The notes: generated from the sequence alone by a model not told the origin. Shown: positions 48,695 through 57,981, numbered from the stretch's first letter. The stretch: DNA of 64,000 bases from a virus (IMGVR_UViG_3300009500_000011:40585-104584); one strand, 5' to 3'. Made by a program: numbers and translations.

Positions 48695-49549
48695 CTACTT
48701 GATATCTTCTAACATTTTCCAGAAATCTGAAGTTTTTTCGCTTGTTACAGCAGGTTCTTCGGTTTTAGTTGCTTCAGCAGTAGTAACAACGGTTTCTGTT
48801 TTTGTTGAAACTGAATTTAATAAATCAGCAACTGATGGCGAAGTTGTTGGATTTGCACTACTTGCACCTTTAAGTGCCTTCATGAAATCTTCTGCAACAT
48901 TTGAAGGTGCTGCTTTTTTACCATTACTATTATTTCCTTCACCTGGTTTTTTGGCCATGACTTGGGAAATACTTTCTTCGTTGTATGTTGGAATTAGTGT
49001 TTCTAATTTATAACGACCTTCAACAAGTGTTTTGTCATTAGTAGTTAATTCTGTTGCTTCACCAACAGGTTCAATAATGTAAACAAATTTTGATTTAATA
49101 TTTTTGTCTTCATTTGAAATAAATTGAACACTATAATCACGGTCCCCGATTGTTCCGTTTGTTTTGATATGTTCTAATAATCTAGCCATAACCATTGGTG
49201 AAAATTTCCAAACCTTAAGTTTGCCATCTTCACGGTCAAGAACATTAATCATGTGAGCAGGTTTACGTTGGTCATCAACATAATCTGTTCCTCTTTTGCT
49301 ACGACAAATAAGACATTTGTCATCCCCAATTTCTTCATTAGGGCAAGCAAAATTACGTTTCCAACCATTGTTGAATTCGGTCCAATGTTCTGTAAACGTA
49401 ATTACTGAGTTGTCTCCGTCATGTAAAACAAAACGAATTCTTTTTGCTGGAGTATCTTTTTCTACTTTAAGTTTTTCGTATTCTTGTGGTCCTTGTTTTT
49501 GTGCTTCTTCGACAGCTTCTGCCGCAGCACCAAATCCTGCTTTTGCCAT
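48695..49549 (-). CDS. ssb: Single-stranded DNA-binding protein (T4 gp32-like)
   Basis: 'RIRFV...FTEHW...FACP...CLIC...NVLDREDGKLKVWKF...GDRDYSV'; AAGGA SD; located in the recombination cluster. Confidence 0.75.
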   Translation of the reverse strand: MAKAGFGAAAEAVEEAQKQGPQEYEKLKVEKDTPAKRIRFVLHDGDNSVITFTEHWTEFNNGWKRNFACPNEEIGDDKCLICRSKRGTDYVDDQRKPAHMINVLDREDGKLKVWKFSPMVMARLLEHIKTNGTIGDRDYSVQFISNEDKNIKSKFVYIIEPVGEATELTTNDKTLVEGRYKLETLIPTYNEESISQVMAKKPGEGNNSNGKKAAPSNVAEDFMKALKGASSANPTTSPSVADLLNSVSTKTETVVTTAEATKTEEPAVTSEKTSDFWKMLEDIK

Positions 49550-49607
49550 TTTGTAATCCTTTTGTTATTTTGTTTAAAGTTTTTCCAGCATTTTTGCTGG
49601 TAGTTAT

Positions 49608-49637
49608 ATTATATGACAACAGGGGATTCTTTGACAA
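49608..49637 (-). promoter_or_regulatory. Sigma70-like promoter for the ssb/recombination operon
   Basis: Minus strand TTGTCA-N18-TATAAT in the divergent intergenic region. Confidence 0.6.
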
Positions 49638-49675
49638 AAATCCTACAATATAAATGTGTTGAAAAAGAGGCAAAA

Positions 49676-50440
49676 ATGAACCCAATAACGATAGAAATTT
49701 ATGATGAAGAAGTTGTTAGTTATTTAACAAAAATGTCTAGTAAATTTGGTATTTCTCCTGTTGAATGGGTGACCCGTGAAGTTAAAAAACATATTGCAGA
49801 AGATGTTAAAATTGATAAAACTAATCCTATAAAAAGAATGACTTTTGAATTACAAAATGAGTATAATAATGCTTATAGAGAAAAATTTGGAACTGACCCA
49901 GCACCGGAAAATGGCGAAGGTCTAAAAGCAATTTCTGAAATAGTTGAATTTGCTTTTCAGAAAGACCCAAATTATGAAAATAACTTTAAAGTATTTTCTC
50001 GCGCTATAAACTGGTATATAAATTACCACAATAATTCTGATACTCAAGGACAAAATTTTCCCTACGGTATAAAGTATTTATTTAATAAAAATAATGGTTG
50101 GCTTCTTCGTACTTGCATTGAATCGTCTTTAAAATTAGATGATAAAATTTTTCAAATTATGAAAGAACGCAATTTAACCAAAGATGAAGCAGTTAGATTG
50201 CTTCGTCGGGGTGATGCCGCAGGTAGTAATATTCAAAATAGTGTTATTACAACTTTAGATGAAGCATTGTTAGTTTATACGCGCGTTAAAAACAAAATGA
50301 ATAATTTAAAAATTAAAAATGCTTTAAAAACTTTACCCGAGGTTGAATTATTATTTAGGTCCGAAACTCCTTCTATAGAATACATAAAAAAATCTATAGA
50401 ATTTTTAAAAAAAGTAGAAGAAAAAATAGAAAATGAGTAA
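49676..50440 (+). CDS. Hypothetical protein, possible replication initiator/loader partner
   Basis: ATG at 49676 with GAGG SD; immediately precedes the DnaC-like loader and DnaB. Confidence 0.45.
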   Translation: MNPITIEIYDEEVVSYLTKMSSKFGISPVEWVTREVKKHIAEDVKIDKTNPIKRMTFELQNEYNNAYREKFGTDPAPENGEGLKAISEIVEFAFQKDPNYENNFKVFSRAINWYINYHNNSDTQGQNFPYGIKYLFNKNNGWLLRTCIESSLKLDDKIFQIMKERNLTKDEAVRLLRRGDAAGSNIQNSVITTLDEALLVYTRVKNKMNNLKIKNALKTLPEVELLFRSETPSIEYIKKSIEFLKKVEEKIENE

Positions 50441-51170
50441 TGATAACAAAAGTCTAAGAGTTTTTAGTTCAATGATTCCTGAATCTCCATGTAAGCGTGG
50501 ATGTAACAAGGGTTATGTTATTGATGAGCATGGTGAACCTATTATAAAAAACAATGAATCTGTTAGGTGTCAATGTTATTATGAAGGCAGATATTTAGAT
50601 TCAAATATTGGAAAATCTTATTGGAATCTAACATTAGAAAATTTTGAAGGTCACCCTGATGATTTAAATTCTTTAAAATATTATATTTCTAAAGCAAGCA
50701 AAATGTATGAAAATGGAAAAGGTCTATATATTCATGGAGGTAACGGAGCAGGAAAAACTACGTTAGCCATATTATTTTTAAAACATATAATTCATAATTC
50801 AAAATGTTCCGCGTTATTTGCTCCTTTTGCAGATTTAGTCATTTTGAATAGTCGAATTATTGGAGGTTTTCATGATAAAGATGCTGATAAGTCTATTTCA
50901 TATATTAAAAATGTTGATTTTTTAGTATTAGATGATATCGGAAAAGAATTTGATAATGGTAAAGATTATACTAGAGCAACTTTAAATTCAATATTAAGAT
51001 ATCGCGACCTATGGAATAAGCCTACAATCTATACAGCAAATTCTCCATTGGATGCTTTGCGCGAACATTATGGAGATAGTAATTATTCAATAATGCTTGG
51101 AAGAAGTATGGTTATTACTTCGAAATATCAAAATGACCACCGCAAAGAGAAAAAAATGGAAGGAATGTAA
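50433..51170 (+). CDS. DnaC/DnaI-like helicase loader ATPase
   Basis: N-terminal CxxxC...CxC, GGNGAGKTT, LVLDDIG and 'PTIYTAN'. Confidence 0.85.
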   Translation: MSNDNKSLRVFSSMIPESPCKRGCNKGYVIDEHGEPIIKNNESVRCQCYYEGRYLDSNIGKSYWNLTLENFEGHPDDLNSLKYYISKASKMYENGKGLYIHGGNGAGKTTLAILFLKHIIHNSKCSALFAPFADLVILNSRIIGGFHDKDADKSISYIKNVDFLVLDDIGKEFDNGKDYTRATLNSILRYRDLWNKPTIYTANSPLDALREHYGDSNYSIMLGRSMVITSKYQNDHRKEKKMEGM

Positions 51171-51175
51171 ATTAC

Positions 51176-51649
51176 ATGCCAGATTTTATACCAGCATCAG
51201 ATTTAAAAGAATTAGCACAAAAATTAGTTGAACGTTATCCATTATATTTAGAAGATGTAGATATTGAAAAAATAGCATTTTTTAGAGACATAACGACAAC
51301 TAAAGGCAGAAAATTAGCTTACGTTGAAAAAACAAGACCACTAGATAAACAATTAAATCCTAATTTTGATTTTAAATTAGTTGTTATTGATGCATTGACC
51401 AATTATATGAATCCTGCTCAATTTAACATATTAATGTTGCATGAGTTAAGGCATATCGGTCCAACAACTTTTGATAATAATGGCAACGAAAAAACAAAAT
51501 TAATCACCCATGATGTTCAAGAACATAGCGAAATTATTGAAGTTTTTGGATTACATTGGAAAACTGATGAAACAGTTCGTGACCCATTAGAAAAAGAACC
51601 TGTTGAAATTAAAAAACCAATAACTAATCAAGATGATGAAGAAGAATAA
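51176..51649 (+). CDS. Putative phage metallopeptidase
   Basis: HExxH motif 'LHELRHI' plus 'HDVQEH'. Confidence 0.65.
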   Translation: MPDFIPASDLKELAQKLVERYPLYLEDVDIEKIAFFRDITTTKGRKLAYVEKTRPLDKQLNPNFDFKLVVIDALTNYMNPAQFNILMLHELRHIGPTTFDNNGNEKTKLITHDVQEHSEIIEVFGLHWKTDETVRDPLEKEPVEIKKPITNQDDEEE

Positions 51650-53053
51650 ATGAATACAGAATATGCTTTAGTGAATTTACTTATCCGTGACCCTAAAAAA
51701 ATATCTGACCTTGCTAGAAAAGGGTTTAGTAGTAAATATTTTAAAAATAAACAATATGGTAAAGTTTATGATGTTATTTTAGAACGCTGGAGCAAATTCA
51801 GTTCTTCTCCTACTCAAGAAGAACTTGATACCTTAAAATTTGAGTCTTCTAACGAAGAAATTCCACATACAATTGAACATTGTATTGCTGTTCTTTATGA
51901 AAATAAAATTAAAGAATTAATGCAATCTGGTATTGTTGCTTCTGGCGAACAATTGGTTGCAAGTGGTCCAGAAGCCTCTATGGAATTAATGCGTCAATTA
52001 ATTAATAATCTTCCGAGATTAGATAACGAAAAACGTATAAGGGAATTATCTGAAACTACGGATGCTTTTTTAGAAAGGTTTCATAGCAGAGCAATTAATA
52101 AAGGTAAAATTATTGGTTTGGAAGTAGGTTTTCCTGAAATAGATTTACATACAAAAGGGTTAATGCCACAATGGTTAGTTGTAATACAAGGGCGTAATGG
52201 ACAATATAAATCATGGGTATTATCGCATTGGATAAAAACAATGTTTATGAATAAAAAGAGGCTTGCTGTTTTTTCTTGTGAAATGAGTTTAGAAGAGTTT
52301 GAAACAAGAATTTATGCATTAATTTTAGATATTGACCCACGTAAATTAGAAACTGGTGATTTAACATATCAAGAGTATAACAAATTACAAGAATTTCTTC
52401 AAGATATAAAAGATGAAACAATTGGAGGAACTATTGTTATAGACGATAATCCAGGAGATTTAGATATGATTGATATGAATGTTAAAAAACTTTTAGAAAA
52501 GGGTCCACTTGATGCAATTTTAATTGATGCAGTTTATGGACTTGCTGCTCCTGGGAAAAGTGATACTGAACGTTTTAATTTTATTGCTAAAAATTGCAAA
52601 GCATTAGCAAAAAAATATGAAGTTCCGGTTATTGTTACCATTCAAGCAAATCGTGATTTTGCCCGAGCAAACATGAATGCAAAAAAAGAAACAACAGGTT
52701 CTGGCATGTCTGCATATGGAGGAGACGCTTGGAACCAATATGCAGACATTATGTTTATTATTCATCAAACCGATGACCATAAACCATTTATGTTTTCTGA
52801 TTTTGTTATGGATAAATTTCGTCATGGGCCTAAGAAAGATTTTATGTTACACATAAACCTTTTAAAACCTGTTATAGAAGAAACAGATAGAGAAAAAGCA
52901 ATAGCAAGAATTAAAGGGGAAAATCCTGTTGCTCAATCAACTGCCGACCAAATGTTTGCAGAAGCTTCTGAAAAATTTACTTCTACAGAAGATGTAGCGC
53001 CCGAAATTAACATAGAATTTGGAGAAGAAGAGGACACAGAAGATGCAGATTAA
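51650..53053 (+). CDS. dnaB: DnaB-like replicative helicase
   Basis: Walker A variant GRNGQYKS, 'FSCEMS', 'ILIDAVY', 'QANR' and 'KFRHG'. Confidence 0.88.
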   Translation: MNTEYALVNLLIRDPKKISDLARKGFSSKYFKNKQYGKVYDVILERWSKFSSSPTQEELDTLKFESSNEEIPHTIEHCIAVLYENKIKELMQSGIVASGEQLVASGPEASMELMRQLINNLPRLDNEKRIRELSETTDAFLERFHSRAINKGKIIGLEVGFPEIDLHTKGLMPQWLVVIQGRNGQYKSWVLSHWIKTMFMNKKRLAVFSCEMSLEEFETRIYALILDIDPRKLETGDLTYQEYNKLQEFLQDIKDETIGGTIVIDDNPGDLDMIDMNVKKLLEKGPLDAILIDAVYGLAAPGKSDTERFNFIAKNCKALAKKYEVPVIVTIQANRDFARANMNAKKETTGSGMSAYGGDAWNQYADIMFIIHQTDDHKPFMFSDFVMDKFRHGPKKDFMLHINLLKPVIEETDREKAIARIKGENPVAQSTADQMFAEASEKFTSTEDVAPEINIEFGEEEDTEDAD

Positions 53054-54230
53054 ATGTAATTTATGTGAACAGGATAGAGAAATTTCATTGGCAACTTTAA
53101 AAAAAATAAAAAGAGGAAAATTATCAGGAAATTGTTTAAAATGTCGAGATTTTAATGGATATAAAAATCCTAATCATAAATATAATATTGATGATTCTTT
53201 ATTTGAAATTATTGATTCAGAAGAAAAAGCATATTTACTTGGATGGATTGCATCTGATGGTTCTATTTCTAAAAGTTCGATTACTATTGCAATTAAAAAT
53301 GATGATTTAAATTTATTAAAAAAATTAAGAAATATTGTATGCAAAGAAATTCCAATAAAAAATAAAATCAATACAAATTTAGTATATTTTTCGGTATCTT
53401 CAAAAAAAATAATTAAAGATGTTTGTTCATTATTAAAAATAAAACCAGGAAAAAAATCTTCTACTGTTAATTCTCCTGATTTAAATGAAGAACTACAAAG
53501 ACATTTTTGGAGAGGATATTTTGATGGCGATGGTTCAATATCAAAACCGGGTAATACAAACTATCCAAAGGCATCTGTATCTTCTAATTCACCATATATA
53601 CGTGATGCTTTAAAAAAATTTGCCAATAAAAATTGCTCAAATAGTGACAAAAGTAATGCGGTTTATTGGGCTGGAAATGGTTGTTTAGATTTCCTTGCAT
53701 TGCTTTATGAAAATTGTAATATTTATTTATCACGAAAATATAATATTTATGTTGATTGGAGGACTTGGGTTCCATCATTATCAGGAAGCGGAACAAGCGG
53801 ATTAAATTTACAATTTAGATGGGTTAAAACACGTAAAGATGCTATTCCGCCGACTAAAAAAAGAATAACTGATAGTGGTTATGATTTAGTGATTTTAGAG
53901 AAAGTACAAACTATTGGCGATGTTGAATTTTACGATACAGGTATAAAAATTCAACCAGATTATGGTTGGTATTTTGATGTTGTTCCAAGAAGTTCAATTT
54001 CTAAAACTGGTTATATGATGGCTAATTCAATTGGAGTTATAGACCGCACATATATTGGTAATATTTTAATTCCTTTGCGGAAAATAGATAAAAATATGCC
54101 AGATTTAGAATTGCCAATGAGAATAGCACAATTAATACCTCGTCCTATTATTCATTTTGAAATTTTAGAAGTTGAAAATTTGCAAGAAACTGACCGAGGT
54201 GAAGGTGGTTTCGGTAGTACAGGAATTTAA
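53043..54230 (+). CDS. dut: Fusion of a LAGLIDADG homing endonuclease (N) and trimeric dUTPase (C)
   Basis: LAGLIDADG motifs AYLLGWIASDGSI and FWRGYFDGDGSI; dUTPase motifs SGYDL, RSSISK, GVIDRTYIG, RIAQLI and RGEGGFGSTG. Single frame; ATG at 53043 with GAGG SD. Confidence 0.9.
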   Translation: MQIKCNLCEQDREISLATLKKIKRGKLSGNCLKCRDFNGYKNPNHKYNIDDSLFEIIDSEEKAYLLGWIASDGSISKSSITIAIKNDDLNLLKKLRNIVCKEIPIKNKINTNLVYFSVSSKKIIKDVCSLLKIKPGKKSSTVNSPDLNEELQRHFWRGYFDGDGSISKPGNTNYPKASVSSNSPYIRDALKKFANKNCSNSDKSNAVYWAGNGCLDFLALLYENCNIYLSRKYNIYVDWRTWVPSLSGSGTSGLNLQFRWVKTRKDAIPPTKKRITDSGYDLVILEKVQTIGDVEFYDTGIKIQPDYGWYFDVVPRSSISKTGYMMANSIGVIDRTYIGNILIPLRKIDKNMPDLELPMRIAQLIPRPIIHFEILEVENLQETDRGEGGFGSTGI

Positions 54231-54242
54231 TCAAAAATTGAT

Positions 54243-54272
54243 TTGTTACAAAAGTAGTAAATTACTTATAAT
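54243..54272 (+). promoter_or_regulatory. Sigma70-like promoter
   Basis: TTGTTA-N18-TATAAT upstream of the GAGG SD of the 54309 gene. Confidence 0.55.
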
Positions 54273-54308
54273 ATCTATATACTAATCTCTAGTAGAGGAA
54301 AATATCAA

Positions 54309-54590
54309 ATGTTCGATGAAGACGAAGAAGATGATGACCGTGGTTACGGTCCAGTAACAAACAGAAAAGAAGAAGAACGCGACCCTTTCACAAACGAAAT
54401 TGTTCGCCGTCCGCAATTCGGTGTTAAAATTGTTACTCAATCAGGTATTGTTGAAGCAGCAACAACCGACCCAGAGGCTATGAAACGTCGTGCCGAAAAA
54501 GCACGTAAGGCCAAAGAAGAAAAAGCAAAAGCTGAAAAATCAACAATTCCAGCGAAGAAAAAGAAAAGTTCAGCCAAAACTAAGAAGTAA
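54309..54590 (+). CDS. Small charged hypothetical protein (acidic N-terminus, basic C-terminus)
   Basis: Good SD and optimal codons (CGT, TTC, GAC). Confidence 0.6.
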   Translation: MFDEDEEDDDRGYGPVTNRKEEERDPFTNEIVRRPQFGVKIVTQSGIVEAATTDPEAMKRRAEKARKAKEEKAKAEKSTIPAKKKKSSAKTKK

Positions 54591-54618
54591 TAAAAACTTA
54601 TAACTTGTTGAGGTTATC

Positions 54619-54798
54619 ATGAAAAATAATAAAGAGCAAGCGGCAAAAACTATTTATTTGCAACTTAAAGAAGCAGTTGAAAACTGCGATAGCCAATTAA
54701 TAAAAATTAATGGTAACGAATTTAAACAAGAAACACTTCGTGCAAGGCGTGAACGTCTATTAGATGAACTTCACGAAGTGGCTGAGACATTGGTCTAA
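54619..54798 (+). CDS. Small hypothetical protein (59 aa, absent from the ORF track)
   Basis: GAGG SD, ATG at 54619, MKNNKEQAAKTIYLQLKE..., and TAA overlapping the next ATG. Confidence 0.6.
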   Translation: MKNNKEQAAKTIYLQLKEAVENCDSQLIKINGNEFKQETLRARRERLLDELHEVAETLV

Positions 54799-55391
54799 TG
54801 AAGTTAAGCAACTTCAAAAACGATAAAACAGTTGATTATGTTAATTATTTCGAAAGACTAGTTGAATCACAACCAACTGAACTTATAGTTTTTTCGCCCA
54901 AATATATTGTTCCGCGTCGTACAGAGGCGGATGTTTATTTTCTTTTTCCTTGTGATGATTCAGAACATTTTAACTGTGGATTTTTTAATTATGGAATAAG
55001 CATTAAAACAATGCAAACAGTTTATGATTATTTAGAAGATTTAAGAAAAAGAAAACAACTAACGCAACTAGAAGTTGCAAAAAAGTTAGAACAAGAAAAA
55101 GATTTATTATTTAATAAAATTGTACCAGTTTCAGACTTTACTGAAGGTGACATAATTAATTATGTTGCAGATTGGGTTCAGGAGTGGGTAGAAGAAATTA
55201 AAAATATAAAAATAAATTCTATCTCAACTTTAGAATACAATAAATATTGGTGTAACTACGAAGAATTTCATTTAGTTTCTGAATCATTTGATGTTTTGTT
55301 CTCGAACTTAAGAGACGTAAATACTAATTTATTTAAAAATAATAGACAGCCATTGTTTAAAGAAATGTTCAGGAAGATGTTAGATGAATAA
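54798..55391 (+). CDS. Hypothetical protein
   Basis: Translationally coupled ORF. Confidence 0.55.
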   Translation: MKLSNFKNDKTVDYVNYFERLVESQPTELIVFSPKYIVPRRTEADVYFLFPCDDSEHFNCGFFNYGISIKTMQTVYDYLEDLRKRKQLTQLEVAKKLEQEKDLLFNKIVPVSDFTEGDIINYVADWVQEWVEEIKNIKINSISTLEYNKYWCNYEEFHLVSESFDVLFSNLRDVNTNLFKNNRQPLFKEMFRKMLDE

Positions 55392-55575
55392 AGATAGATA
55401 TAAAGTTTTATTAGAAGAACTTTATAACGAGGTTGTTGTTAGATTACAAACATGGCAAAATTTCGCCATATATGGCGAGCCACAATTGACAAAAACAATT
55501 GCAAATGCTAAAGTCGAAGCATATAAGGATTGCTTGGTCTTAATTAATAATCTTATTGTAAATCCAAATGAATAA
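55384..55575 (+). CDS. Hypothetical protein
   Basis: Coupled 63-aa ORF. Confidence 0.5.
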   Translation: MNKDRYKVLLEELYNEVVVRLQTWQNFAIYGEPQLTKTIANAKVEAYKDCLVLINNLIVNPNE

Positions 55576-55915
55576 GATATTCAAATGTATAGATGCTGAT
55601 TGCGGTATGTCATTTAAAACATTGCAATTAAAAAATCAGCACCAAGAAATTTTTCATAAAAACTTGTATTCTGAGATTGTTCGTGATATTATAAAAAAAA
55701 TCAAAGCAACTAACTCACATAAGTCTCTTGAAAAACGCATTAATTGTCCTAGTGGTTCATACAATTATAATGAATTAGCAGTTATGGATATTGAAAATCC
55801 TATATATAAATATTTTGAAAATATGATGATTTCTGTTCTTAAAAATTGGGAATTAGAACATCCTGGCCAACCTTTAAAAGAATTCGTTCGGGTAAAAGTG
55901 TTCAAACTACAATGA
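55568..55915 (+). CDS. Protein with an N-terminal C2H2 zinc finger
   Basis: C-x4-C-x3-F-x8-H-x4-H (CIDADCGMSFKTLQLKNQHQEIFH). Confidence 0.6.
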   Translation: MNKIFKCIDADCGMSFKTLQLKNQHQEIFHKNLYSEIVRDIIKKIKATNSHKSLEKRINCPSGSYNYNELAVMDIENPIYKYFENMMISVLKNWELEHPGQPLKEFVRVKVFKLQ

Positions 55916-56172
55916 ATCAAAATGTAATTTTAATGCCAATTATTATTGGTGTACTTTTTTTAGTCGGATGTAATTACTTTCAAGAAGTACATCAAAGAAA
56001 TAGGTCCATTGGTTCTTATTGGGAAGATGTTGCTCCTTATAAAATCGAACCAAAAATAGAACTAGAAGAAGAACGTTTTTATTCCACAAATATTTTGACT
56101 CGCGAAGACCAAAAAACTCTTAAAAATCTTAGTAAACAATTTGACATAAAGGATATAAAATTTAAACTTTAA
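55912..56172 (+). CDS. Putative lipoprotein
   Basis: ATG at 55912; hydrophobic stretch followed by lipobox LVGC. Confidence 0.55.
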   Translation: MNQNVILMPIIIGVLFLVGCNYFQEVHQRNRSIGSYWEDVAPYKIEPKIELEEERFYSTNILTREDQKTLKNLSKQFDIKDIKFKL

Positions 56173-56173
56173 T

Positions 56174-56449
56174 ATGAGCAAAAAACAACGTAATTTAAAT
56201 AACTTTGAGTCAACAACTTCTGATTCAACAAATCAAAAAGTTAAAAACAACAATAGTAACGCATATAATAAAAACAGCAAAGACCGCTGCATGTGTTTAT
56301 CGAATGTCCCTGGTTACCCGTATCGTTTGGGTTATCATAAAATGTATGTAGATATTAATAACGATGTTCGCTGTGTTTATTGCGATTGCTATTGTGACGA
56401 CCCGAGAAAAAATGAATCAAAACCAAAACAGCCAGTCGGAAAAAAATAA
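56174..56449 (+). CDS. Cys-rich small hypothetical protein
   Basis: CxC...H...CxxC pattern. Confidence 0.45.
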   Translation: MSKKQRNLNNFESTTSDSTNQKVKNNNSNAYNKNSKDRCMCLSNVPGYPYRLGYHKMYVDINNDVRCVYCDCYCDDPRKNESKPKQPVGKK

Positions 56450-56645
56450 TTTAATTGCTTGTACAGAGTGTTTTGATACAGGATATTATTATTACGTACC
56501 AGTACAATTTATAAATGGACAGCCTAGTGCATTTTATAAATTGAAAATAACTGACCAAGAACCTCCAGCAAAAATAGTGACATATGAACCTTGTGTTTGC
56601 GAGATTGGGAAAAGGACTGTTATTAAAAAATTAAAGGATATTTAA
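56412..56645 (+). CDS. Small zinc-binding hypothetical protein
   Basis: CTEC...CVC; ATG at 56412. Confidence 0.45.
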   Translation: MNQNQNSQSEKNNLIACTECFDTGYYYYVPVQFINGQPSAFYKLKITDQEPPAKIVTYEPCVCEIGKRTVIKKLKDI

Positions 56646-57305
56646 ATGGCGACATATGCTATTGGGGATGTACATGGGTGTTTTTTAACATTAAAAAAAC
56701 TTATCGAAGTTTGTAATATTACAGATGACGATAAGTTGATTTTTTTAGGTGACCTGGTAGATAGAGGACCAAGGATAAAAGAAACTTTAGATTTTGTTTT
56801 GACTCGTCCTAATACTGAAATTTTATTAGGAAATCATGATGAGTGTTTTATTGATTGGTTTCGACCGGGCGGAACTCAAAGAAGTTATTTTATGGTTCAT
56901 CAGGGTCTTGGAGATACTTTATCTCAACTGGGCTCTGAAGCAGAAATATACGCTAACAAATTAAGCAAATATCCATATGTGATACATACTTCTAATAAAG
57001 AATATGTTATGTGTCATGCCGATTATAATTGGGCAGAAGAAAAATTTTCAAAAAATTTAAATGGTCATATTTGGAATAGAATTAATGAATATTCTCACGC
57101 AAAGTACGAAGGGCCTGTAATTTTACATGGACATACACCTTGCCCCCCAAGTGAAGTATACGAAAAGAAGTCTACAGGAGAATTATTTGGCATAAACTTA
57201 GATGGCGGTTGTGTGTACTTTAGAAACTATGATTGGTCATGTTTAAGAATGATTCGTTTAGAAGACCGTCAAATTTTTGAACAATCAAATGTTGAATATT
57301 CTTAA
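56646..57305 (+). CDS. Ser/Thr protein phosphatase (PPP/calcineurin-like metallophosphoesterase, lambda NinI-like)
   Basis: Motifs GDVHG, GDLVDRG, GNHD, HGHTP and 'NLDGGC'. Confidence 0.9.
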   Translation: MATYAIGDVHGCFLTLKKLIEVCNITDDDKLIFLGDLVDRGPRIKETLDFVLTRPNTEILLGNHDECFIDWFRPGGTQRSYFMVHQGLGDTLSQLGSEAEIYANKLSKYPYVIHTSNKEYVMCHADYNWAEEKFSKNLNGHIWNRINEYSHAKYEGPVILHGHTPCPPSEVYEKKSTGELFGINLDGGCVYFRNYDWSCLRMIRLEDRQIFEQSNVEYS

Positions 57306-57322
57306 TTGTTCTGGGCTTTCTT

Positions 57323-57331
57323 TGATATAAT
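57323..57331 (+). promoter_or_regulatory. Extended -10 promoter
   Basis: TGaTATAAT about 40 nt upstream of the clpP start. Confidence 0.55.
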
Positions 57332-57369
57332 CCACATAGAACCTTGTCTATTACTAGTTGAAGGTAAAT

Positions 57370-57981
57370 ATGAGTTTAAAAAAGAAGTCCAATGATGGGT
57401 CTTCCTCAAATGATTTTAATTCTGAAACATATGAATTGCTTTATTCAAAAAATATTCTTATGCTGGATAGAGAAATTACAGAGCAAATTGCTTCAGATTT
57501 AATCGGACGGATTATATTAATAAATTTATCAACTCCAAAAACTAAAAAATCAAACATAGTTTTAATGGTAAATAGTTTCGGCGGAGATTCTTATTGTGGT
57601 TTAGGGCTCGTAGATGCAATTAAGGCATCTGAAATTCCTGTAACTACTATTTGTATAGGTGTTGCAGCTTCTTGTGCTGCAATGATATTAGCGAGTGGAG
57701 CAAAACGTTTGTCGTTACCTAATGCTTCAATAATGATTCACCCACATTGGATTGAAATGGAAAGAGCATATACTCATCAAGAACTTATGACCGAAGTTAC
57801 TGAAAGCAAAAGACTTCATGAATTAAATACAAATTTTTGGAATGGTATTATACCTACAAGTAAAGGTAAAGTTACTAATTTAATGTCTAAAGATAGTTGG
57901 TTAAATCCTCAACAAGCTTTGTCATTAAATATTATTGACGAAATAGTGACTTCTACAAATGCATTGCCAAAAACAACCTAA
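57370..57981 (+). CDS. clpP: ClpP-like serine protease
   Basis: 'VNSFGG', Ser in 'AASCAA', His in 'MIHP', Asp in 'KDSWLNPQQA...IIDEI'. ATG at 57370 is the likely start. Confidence 0.88.
   Translation: MSLKKKSNDGSSSNDFNSETYELLYSKNILMLDREITEQIASDLIGRIILINLSTPKTKKSNIVLMVNSFGGDSYCGLGLVDAIKASEIPVTTICIGVAASCAAMILASGAKRLSLPNASIMIHPHWIEMERAYTHQELMTEVTESKRLHELNTNFWNGIIPTSKGKVTNLMSKDSWLNPQQALSLNIIDEIVTSTNALPKTT

Noticed and set aside
50371-50401. Iteron-like TCTATAGA palindromes in the putative initiator gene
   Set aside because: Only two short AT-rich copies, too weak to call an origin.
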